From Acidobacteriota bacterium (GTDB lineage: Bacteria; Acidobacteriota; UBA890; WLXD01): a stretch of DNA of 64,000 bases. The notes under the pieces are model-generated. The model ran no database searches. It was not told the origin of the DNA and was given only the letters and a program-made list of their open reading frames with translations. Made by a program: the position numbers and the translations under genes. The number at the start of each line of letters is the position of its first letter. The first letter of the stretch is position 1. The stretch spans positions 2,048,001 to 2,112,000 of the forward strand of contig CBDBHB010000009.1 of assembly GCA_965205505.1 (NCBI GenBank), in the 5' to 3' direction. This document shows positions 29,915 to 37,752 of this stretch, in pieces.

Positions 29915-30750
29915 TTGGCCGATCAAACGGCCGATATCTTCGTCGAGACCGAGACAATCGACCTCGGGAGTCCAGCGGCGCACCGCCACCTCGTTGATGG
30001 CTGGTCGCCCATCGACGAGCGCTGGGCCCAGCGCGAGGACGAGACGTTCGTGTGGGCGCGCGGGTCGCAGGCCTCGATTCGGTTCTTTCAGATCGAATCC
30101 CAACCGCATCGCCTGCGCATCCGTGCGCGGCCACACGTGGTCGGTGAAACGCCGGTAGTCTCGACCCTTTTCTTGCGGCACAACGGCGTGACGCTGCCCA
30201 CGTCCGTGGACGTGCTGGCGGGTTGGCAAGACTACGTGGTGCCGTTGCCGACCCGTTTCCTGAGCGTGGGTGCCAACGAGCTCTCCCTGGAGTTCGACCG
30301 ACCTCCCGACGACGAGCGCTCCACCGGCACCTCGTTACGATTCGCCGTCGACAGCATCCGTTTCTTCGACCCCCACCGTGACCGCCCTGCCACGCCTGGA
30401 AACCCCCGGGGGTGGACGGGGTCTGATCCTCCCCTACCTGTCAGGGGCCGACTTCGAGCTCGACTTGAACCGCGGGGCAATGCTGTCCCTGCGCCGCGTC
30501 GACCCTTATGGACGACCGCTGCGAGCTCCGGGACGCTACACGTGCGCATCGATGCAGAAGGCCGATCGGAGACCGTCGTGCTTGCGGCGCCGGGAGAGCG
30601 AGTCGAGGTACCGATCCAACTGAGCGCCCCCCGGCCGCGTGCGGCTGTCGCTACTATCTCCAGACGCCGGAGTTCCAAGACCTGCAGGGCCACGCCGCGG
30701 AGCAGGACGCCGGCCTGCGGCTCGAGAACCCAGTGGTGCATAACCCCGGT
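29915..30750 (+). pseudogene. Internal fragment of an extracellular protein (sulfatase N-terminal-region-like), frameshifted
   Basis: HLVDGWSPIDE...FVWARG, LSVGANELSLEF; coding signal breaks down after ~30400. Confidence 0.4.
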
Positions 30751-30770
30751 TCCTGAACGGTCGGGAGGCC

Positions 30771-33113
30771 CTAGAGGCGGAATAGCTGGGTCACCTTGAG
30801 GATGATCGAGCGGTCGATCAGCGTCGGATCTTCGATCAACCGGCGCTCGTTGTACACGAGAAACAGGTCCGCCCCCGGCGTGTGGATGAAATTCACGCGG
30901 ACGTTGCTGAGGAACCGATCGGTGATGTTGTCGTACTGGAACAGCCCGGACAGAAACAGGCGGGTGTTGAAGTCATAGCCGATTCGAGCGCGCCAAATGT
31001 CGGCGACGAAGTCGCCGCCCGGGAGCTGTACGTCGTTGCGATCCAGCGACACTCGCGCCGCGAAGCGAGCACCGATGCGCGCACCGGCCTCGAGCTTCCA
31101 GACATCCCGGGTTCCGTCCCAGAAGTCGCCGAACGTGTAGTTCACCGTTCCCCAAACTGGGCGGCTCTTGTCCGATTGCGCCTCCAGGTGGATCTCGTTG
31201 AAGTGGTAGGCGCCCGGCGGTATGACCACACCCGGGACGATCTCGAAGGGCAGGTCGAGCTGCTCGAAGCGCCGGTTGTTCTCGATGCTGAGCTTGTCGC
31301 CGCGGCGCAGGAACAGGTCGAAGTCGTAGTGCTCGCGCCGTGTGATCAGCCGGTTGGCACGATCAGTCACATAAGACAGCCCCACGTGTGGGGCCAGGTT
31401 GCGTACCCACGGGGATTCCGGGTAGTAGGGCGACCAGGTCGCCGTGGTGCTGTACGAGCGCAGCCCGACGCGGTTGACGAAGCCCAAACCGGGGTTGAAA
31501 GCGTCGCCGACGTCCATCGCCGATCCGTTGACGGTGAATCGCGAGTTGGCCCACTCGAACTTCACCGCACCGGCCGAATCGGTGCCGGACTCGACGCCCG
31601 GCGTCTCGGTCTTCATCCACCACCCATCGACGGTTGCCCCCGAGCCGATCGCCCAGCGCCCGTCGAAGCCCAGGGAGCGGTTGTAGCTCGTGCCGCTCTC
31701 GTGCCGGTTGGTGAACAGCATGCCGATGCTGGAGCGGCTGCCGAGCTCGCGGCGCACTCGCAACACGCCGTGGTTCTCGGATCCCAGCTGCAAGCTATCC
31801 ACGGCGTCGGTCTGCATGGTCAACGCGCCGATGTTCCAGCCGCCGGCCTTGCCGGTCAGGCGTACCCCGCCGAGGATCGGCACCTCGCCACCCTGAAAGA
31901 TCCCGATTGTGCGCGAGTGAAACCCGATCACCCTGGCACCGTCGCGGACACCGCTGCTGCCGAACTGGAAGAGGCCGGCGTTCTCGAGGAAGAACTCGCG
32001 TTTCTCCGGGAAGAACAGCGGGAATCGCGTCAGGTTGACCTGAACGTCGTCGGCCTCGACCTGCGCGAAGTCGGTGTTGAGCGTCGCGTCGACGGTCAGG
32101 TTCGGTGTGGCGATCCACTTGATATCGACGCCCGCATCCGCGGAAGAGTCGGTGAAGTGCGATGAGAACGGGCTCGTTATCGGTCCGTTGGCGATCTGTC
32201 CGACATCGCCGAGCGCGAACGGCTTGACCTGGAGGTTCCGCGGCCGGTCAACCGCCTGCATGCCGACCAACATCCCCGACATCGACAGCCGTGTGGCATC
32301 GTATTGCCGTGGCACCGGCGCCCAGAAAGCCTGCTCCGAGTTGCGCTTGAGCGTGCGCCGGAAGTTGATGCCCCACGCCCGCATGTTGTCGCGATCGAAG
32401 CGCAGCACCCAAAACGGGATGGCGAGCTCGACCGACCAGCCCTCGTCGTCGCGATGTCCAGCCGCCGACCAGACCGCATCCCAGTCTCTGTTGAAGGTGG
32501 CGCTGACCCCCCCCCAAAGTGCGGTGCCGCCCTCGCCGATGATCTGCGCATCGAACCGCGCGCCCAACGCGTTGGTCTCAAAGAAGTAGCCGTTGCGATG
32601 GTCGTGGTAGGTATCGAGGGTTACCGCGAACGCGTCGTTGTCTCTGTGGTCCTCATCGCGCCGCAGCACCGAGGCGACCACGTCGCGCGGCGACGAGTCC
32701 CACAATCGAGCGCCGATGTAGATCGCCTCGTCGTCGTACAGCACACGAACTTCCATGCGCTCGCTCGCATCCGCGCCTTCGTCCGGCTGAGCCTGGACGA
32801 AGCGCGCCAGCGGCTCGGCTTCATCCCACGCCGTGTCATCGAGCAGGCCGTCGACGTCCGGCGGTACGGATGCCCGCACCGCGACGACCTGATACAGACG
32901 GTCCGCCTCGGTGACCGCGAGGTCGTTCCACTCGTCGCTCCCCGCGGGCGCGACCCGAGAGCTGTTGCCGGCCCCGTCCGTCTGCGCCGGCGGCTTGGAC
33001 TGAGCCTCCGACGCGGCGGGTACGATCAGCGCGGCGGCCAACCAGGCGATGACGAGGCGCCTGGCGGGCGCGTGCCGAGGGACTGTTTCAGGTGTGCAGA
33101 ACACGGTGGCCAC
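30771..33113 (-). CDS. DUF5916/CBM9-like outer-membrane protein
   Basis: DGLLDD.AW, LDTYHDHRN, WSVELAIPF, NTDFAQVEAD, NLTRFPLFFPEKREFFLE. Confidence 0.85.
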   Translation of the reverse strand: MATVFCTPETVPRHAPARRLVIAWLAAALIVPAASEAQSKPPAQTDGAGNSSRVAPAGSDEWNDLAVTEADRLYQVVAVRASVPPDVDGLLDDTAWDEAEPLARFVQAQPDEGADASERMEVRVLYDDEAIYIGARLWDSSPRDVVASVLRRDEDHRDNDAFAVTLDTYHDHRNGYFFETNALGARFDAQIIGEGGTALWGGVSATFNRDWDAVWSAAGHRDDEGWSVELAIPFWVLRFDRDNMRAWGINFRRTLKRNSEQAFWAPVPRQYDATRLSMSGMLVGMQAVDRPRNLQVKPFALGDVGQIANGPITSPFSSHFTDSSADAGVDIKWIATPNLTVDATLNTDFAQVEADDVQVNLTRFPLFFPEKREFFLENAGLFQFGSSGVRDGARVIGFHSRTIGIFQGGEVPILGGVRLTGKAGGWNIGALTMQTDAVDSLQLGSENHGVLRVRRELGSRSSIGMLFTNRHESGTSYNRSLGFDGRWAIGSGATVDGWWMKTETPGVESGTDSAGAVKFEWANSRFTVNGSAMDVGDAFNPGLGFVNRVGLRSYSTTATWSPYYPESPWVRNLAPHVGLSYVTDRANRLITRREHYDFDLFLRRGDKLSIENNRRFEQLDLPFEIVPGVVIPPGAYHFNEIHLEAQSDKSRPVWGTVNYTFGDFWDGTRDVWKLEAGARIGARFAARVSLDRNDVQLPGGDFVADIWRARIGYDFNTRLFLSGLFQYDNITDRFLSNVRVNFIHTPGADLFLVYNERRLIEDPTLIDRSIILKVTQLFRL

Positions 33114-33187
33114 TGGCGAGATGATCCGAGAGGGTGCCTAACGCTACCGTATCGCGGCATGCTGCACAGCATGTCGCGGCGTCGCGA

Positions 33188-33850
33188 TCAACCCGCCGAA
33201 CCGCACGGCTTATGGAACTTGAGCAACATGCGGTCGGTCATGAAGCGCGGCTTGCCCGCCTGCATGAACACCGCGTAGTCGCGCTCGGGCGACATGTAGG
33301 GCACCGTGCCGACTGCTACTCCCTCGCCGGTGAGGGCGCGTGTCGGCATCTGCGTGGCCTGGTGAGCATCGTCAGGGGCCAGGAGCTTGGCGAGTCCGAA
33401 GTCGAGCACCTTGACCCGACCATCGCTGCTGAGCATGACGTTGGCCGGCTTCAGATCGCGATGCGTGATGCCGCGATCGTGCGCTGCCACCAACGCTTCA
33501 GCTAGAGCCTCGGCGATCGGAAAGAACTCGGTGAGGGGCACACCTTCGTCGGGAATCGCATCGTCCAGCGAGCGCCCCTCGATCAACTCCATCGTCAACA
33601 AGCGACGCTCGTCCACCTGCTCGATGGAGTAAATCGTAACGATGTTCGGATGGTTGATGCCGGCGACAGCTTTGGCCTCTACATCGAAGCGGGCTAGCCG
33701 GGCAGGAGCGGTGGCGAAGTTCTCGGGGAGCACCTTGATGGCGACATCGCGATCAAGGTTGGTATCGCGTGCCCGGTACACCTGCCCCATCCCGCCTTCA
33801 CCGAGCGGGGACAGGATCTCGTAGTGGCCGAGTCGAGTGCCGGGCTCCAT
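33188..33850 (-). pseudogene. Ser/Thr kinase truncated after the APE motif
   Basis: [13 protein letters not shown]...HRDLKPAN, DFG, PYMSPE, then unrelated sequence. Confidence 0.85.
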
Positions 33851-33883
33851 GGCGCTCTCACGGCGGGGTGGGCGAGCGCCTGA

Positions 33884-33912
33884 AGCCTATCGCCGGAGCG
33901 TGCGAGATCCAA
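33884..33912 (-). promoter_or_regulatory. Conserved kinase-family promoter
   Basis: TTGGAT-N17-TAGGCT. Confidence 0.6.
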
Positions 33913-33938
33913 CGGAAGTCGCTCGCCCGCGCCTGTGT

Positions 33939-34592
33939 TCAGGGTTCCGGCATCGTTTCGTTGGCGTCCTCCAAGAACGCCGTACCGATGTTACGACTAG
34001 CGCCCTTTACCGGCGGTAATCGGCGTACAGGCCGACGCCGCTCGGGGAAGGTCTCGCGGCGGATCACGTTGCCCTTGACGCTCACGCGTGCTTGTAGAGG
34101 CGCAGCCGCGCACGTCACGCGAGCGTACGCGGTTCGAGATCGGTAGGTTCGCTGACGACACGCATTTGCGCAGTACAGAGCATCAGACCGCGACGCAGAG
34201 AACGCCCGACCGCATTGTCGGCACACAGGTGTCTCGCGCCGACGTTGCTGTGCTCGGACCCGGCTTCGCGCGAGCAGCCGACATCGTTCAGAGCAGGTCG
34301 TGTACTGACGGTTTGCACGCGGAGATCGATTCACCACCGGTCGTCGGCAACCCACGCAAGGCACGGGCTTCAAGTGATAGTCGTCGTCCGAGCCCCGGCA
34401 TCGCTTACATACCGGCGTGATCCACAACACGGGCCGTCTCAGAACGCTGACGCCGAGGCGAACGGGCCGTCTCCACACAGGATCCATCGTACTTAGCGCC
34501 TCACCGCACGCTCCGCATTCCTTGGCGCTGAGTGCAGCTCGGGCGGCGCGGGCACGAACTTCCTGGATGGAGCCGTGATCGAAGTCGCTCAT
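33939..34592 (-). CDS. Cys-rich zinc-finger protein of the terminase element; 3' end probably read-through
   Basis: CGAC, CKRC, CVGC, CSERC, CRQC and YCANACRQRTYR motifs. Confidence 0.6.
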   Translation of the reverse strand: MSDFDHGSIQEVRARAARAALSAKECGACGEALSTMDPVWRRPVRLGVSVLRRPVLWITPVCKRCRGSDDDYHLKPVPCVGCRRPVVNRSPRANRQYTTCSERCRLLARSRVRAQQRRRETPVCRQCGRAFSASRSDALYCANACRQRTYRSRTAYARVTCAAAPLQARVSVKGNVIRRETFPERRRPVRRLPPVKGASRNIGTAFLEDANETMPEP

Positions 34593-34620
34593 GGCTTCGG
34601 GTCCACGCCCGCAAAGTGAC

Positions 34621-34797
34621 TCACGAGCCGTCGGACCACCACCAGCCGACCTCACGGATGCGTCGCAATACTTCGAGCTGGGCGCGTTTGCGCGCGGCCT
34701 CGTCATCTCGTTCGTGTTGCCCGTCGTCCGCCGAGCGCTTCTCCTCGGGATCATCCGATAGCGGTCGTTCCGGCCTCGCCCGTCGCCGATCAGTCAT
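34621..34797 (-). CDS. Small conserved protein coupled to TerL
   Basis: ATGA overlap; MTDRRRARP...EVGWWWSDGS, homolog of 10797-10979. Confidence 0.7.
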   Translation of the reverse strand: MTDRRRARPERPLSDDPEEKRSADDGQHERDDEAARKRAQLEVLRRIREVGWWWSDGS

Positions 34798-36162
34798 GTC
34801 AGGTTCAGCTCCTGGTTGAGTCGCGCGATCTCGGCATCCAACTCCGCGATCTCGCCCGAGGACCCGGTGAACAGCAGTTCGAACGGCACGTAGCTCGCCC
34901 TGGCGGCGAGCACCTGCACGACGCCGGCCGCCGCGTTCGAGTAGTCGTCGTGCTCCCCTGCTTGGTGGTCGATCTTGCCGCCTCGCCACATGAGGCCGAG
35001 CTGCTGCTGCTGCTCTAACTTCGGCGCGTCGAGCAGGACCACCTCGTGAGCGTCCAGGCGCGGTTCGAGCGCTTCGTATAGCTGGTGTGCTGTCCACTTG
35101 GAAACGTCGTAGCTGATCTCGTGACCCTCGAAGTCCGCCTTGAACGTGTTGCCCTCGCAGGAGTCCCCCGTGACTCTCGCCACTCGATACTCGCGAAGCA
35201 CTGGCACGAAGCGCGCGCTGGCGGCGCGCGGGATCGAATGGCGGCGCGGTGCCCTGGTCGACGAGGCGATCCAGCACGATTCGCCCGTCCTCGTCCTCGT
35301 GGCCGATTGCCAGGACGGCGTCATCCGACGAGCCGCCCGACATGTCGACGAAGGCACGGTAGACGATCCCCTCCTCGGGCTTGCGGTACCTCGTTCCACG
35401 CGCCCACGGCATCCATGACGGGCTCAGGCTGGAACGCCGAACCCATCGGTAGCCCCGGCAGGTTCAGATGCAGCCTGCGGTACTTGTGAGCGGGGAGGCG
35501 GCGTTGCTGCTGGGCTAGGTAGTCGGGGTTCGCCCAGCTGTTCTTGCTCGGATTCGCGCGCTCCTCCGGTGTCGCGTCCTCAAGGTCGGGGTCGGTGGAA
35601 GATCGAGGCGTAGGACGTGACCCACTGCTGCGCGGCGATCCGGTGTGGATCGGGCTGTATCGCCTCGAAGACATCCCAGTTCCGGTAACTGTGGATCTCG
35701 TCGTAGCCGACGAACCGATAGCTCACGCCGTGCATGCCCACAACGTCGCCGGCCAGCAGCACCTCCAGGACGCCATGGCCATCCTTGCGCTCGATGACGT
35801 CGCGCTTGATCTCCAGCCAGTCCGCCCAGCGCCGGGCTCGCCGCGATCAGTTTCTTCGCGAGCGCCAGGTCGTTACGCGCCTGGTCTTTATCATTTGCGA
35901 GCAGGTAACACTCCGAGTCGTGGCCGGCGGGCGGCTCAGTCACCAGGCAGAACAAGCTCGCCAGCGCCAAGTCTGCCGACTTCCAATTTTTCTTCGCCCG
36001 ACCCGAGAGGATCAGGTTGTAACGGGGTCGACCATCTTTCTCGAACGTGTCCAGGAACGCGGAGAAGATCCGCGATCGGTAGGGTTCGACGCGCCCCGAC
36101 ATGGGCGAGCCGTCCAGCCACCGCAGGCGGCGCAGGAACGCGGGCCAACGCAGCTTAGCCAT
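34794..36162 (-). pseudogene. Terminase large subunit-like gene with multiple frameshifts and a probable internal deletion
   Basis: LSGRAKKNWKS P-loop-like, FVGYDE Walker B, YRRLHLN, FVDMSGGSSDD, IDHQAGEHDD in alternating frames. Confidence 0.7.
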
Positions 36163-36715
36163 CTGCCGCCTCCGGCGCAGCGGCGAGCTCCTCGGTGAGG
36201 CTTATCTCCCGCAGCTTGCGCCGGAGCCCCAACATCTTTGCCACCCGGCCGCAGCGATCGACCGTAGAGCCGTGGTCGCTCAGCGCTGCCCTGCCGCGCT
36301 TCGTGTCGGTACCCTGCCGGAGTGCGTAGTCCAGTAGCAGCAGCCGCGCCGCCTCCAGGTCCGCCAAGTTATCGATCAGGCCGAGCTGTACCCGACTCAG
36401 CTCGGCTTCGCCGCCGAGGTCTTCGGTCACCTCGCGCCGGAAGGCGATCAGGTACGAGCGCAGGTCATCAGGCAAGACACCGACATCTACGTACCGCCGC
36501 AGCCCGTGCGTCATGGCCGCAACGTTGCCGCGAACCCATGCCCTACACCGGGGACACTGTCCTTTGCCCAAGGGCGCGCCGATATGGCCACATGCCGAGC
36601 ACTCGACAGTCCCCGAACTCGGTTCCGTCGTCGGGCCGTGAGTGCCAGACGGACCAGACGCGGCTACACTTTGGCTACGCGGCGCGTCGGCTACAGATGT
36701 ATCTCGCTTATTCAT
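36155..36715 (-). CDS. Putative small terminase-like protein with a Zn ribbon
   Basis: CSAC...CPRC, GNVAAMTHG, KMLGLRR; overlaps the TerL start. Confidence 0.55.
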   Translation of the reverse strand: MNKRDTSVADAPRSQSVAASGPSGTHGPTTEPSSGTVECSACGHIGAPLGKGQCPRCRAWVRGNVAAMTHGLRRYVDVGVLPDDLRSYLIAFRREVTEDLGGEAELSRVQLGLIDNLADLEAARLLLLDYALRQGTDTKRGRAALSDHGSTVDRCGRVAKMLGLRRKLREISLTEELAAAPEAADG

Positions 36716-36830
36716 CGGTACTTGGCCTGTACGATGTTCAACACGATCGGCGCACGCCGTTGACGACAGCCAGCGTTAGGCCGTCGATCACCCGGCGGCC
36801 GGGGCGCTGGGGCGACTCCTGGACCGTCTG

Positions 36831-36902
36831 CTAGATCGTTTGAGCGCAGATCAGCCCGTTGTGGCCGGCGCCGATGACGATCGCGTCATACCGGGTTGGC
36901 AC
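36831..36902 (-). pseudogene. 5' stub of an FAD-dependent (phytoene dehydrogenase-like) oxidoreductase
   Basis: VPTRYDAIVIGAGHNGLICA directly after soxG, truncated at ~20 codons. Confidence 0.75.
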
Positions 36903-36911
36903 GGGATGTGG

Positions 36912-37589
36912 TCAGCCGCTCGAGGGTTCGACGACCAGCACGCCGTATTCCCGGGCCGCGTCCTTGAGCCAGCGCGCAAGATAGTCGGCGAAGGAGCGCC
37001 GCACGATGATATCGAAGGAGGGCGATTCATCCAGCTGCCCCACGATCACCATCGCCTTGGCGAGATGGGTCTGGGCGCAGCGGCCAGCGCCGAAAGCGCG
37101 CGGATGAAAATCCACGGGGCTACCCTTGCTCAGCACATCGCGGGCGCGATGACCCCGGACGTTAATGATCGTCTGGCCCCCGCTCACGTCGGTGACGGCG
37201 GCGAACGTGCCGACGCAGGCGTCCTCGAGGTCTTGGGCGATGCCGGCTTTCTGCTCCGGCGGTGTCAGGAGCAGCCACTCATCCGGTCCGAGCCAGAGAA
37301 CCGTCGCCTCGGGGTCTGCCGCCACGCTGTTCGGCTCCAACGGCAGGCCGATCCCGAGCACCTCCCGCACCGCCCCTTGGAAGGCCTCGTCGGTTGGATC
37401 CCCCCGCAGGTTGAGATGGCCGAGGAAGGGGCGCTCGCGCAGCTGCACGCCCCCTTCGGTGGGGGTTGCTGCGGAACCTGAGTTCACCGGTGCGCAAGCT
37501 CCGACCTGGTCTCGGCCGACCTCGGCGGCGTTGAACTCGTGCAGGGGCGTTTCTCGACGAATCGTCCCGAACATCCCGTCCTCAGGCAT
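36912..37589 (-). CDS. soxG: Sarcosine oxidase subunit gamma
   Basis: LNLRG, LWLGPDEWL, VRRSFADYLARWL; position in operon. Confidence 0.9.
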   Translation of the reverse strand: MPEDGMFGTIRRETPLHEFNAAEVGRDQVGACAPVNSGSAATPTEGGVQLRERPFLGHLNLRGDPTDEAFQGAVREVLGIGLPLEPNSVAADPEATVLWLGPDEWLLLTPPEQKAGIAQDLEDACVGTFAAVTDVSGGQTIINVRGHRARDVLSKGSPVDFHPRAFGAGRCAQTHLAKAMVIVGQLDESPSFDIIVRRSFADYLARWLKDAAREYGVLVVEPSSG

Positions 37590-37752
37590 GTCGCCGGGCT
37601 CCCCGCGGATCGTAAGAGATCACCTCAGACATTGTGTCGGGCCCACTCCCAATCTCCAGGGTCCGCCTCAGACATCCTGTTGGGCTGCCTCCGATCGTTG
37701 AAGACCGCTTCACACATTCTGGCGGGCTCCCTGCGGATCGTAAAAGACCGGG
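37582..37752 (-). repeat. Four degenerate 42-43-bp tandem units of the soxA-stop/soxG-start junction
   Basis: Units start at 37582, 37625, 37668 and 37710; each ends ATGnnTGA on the minus strand. Confidence 0.8.
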
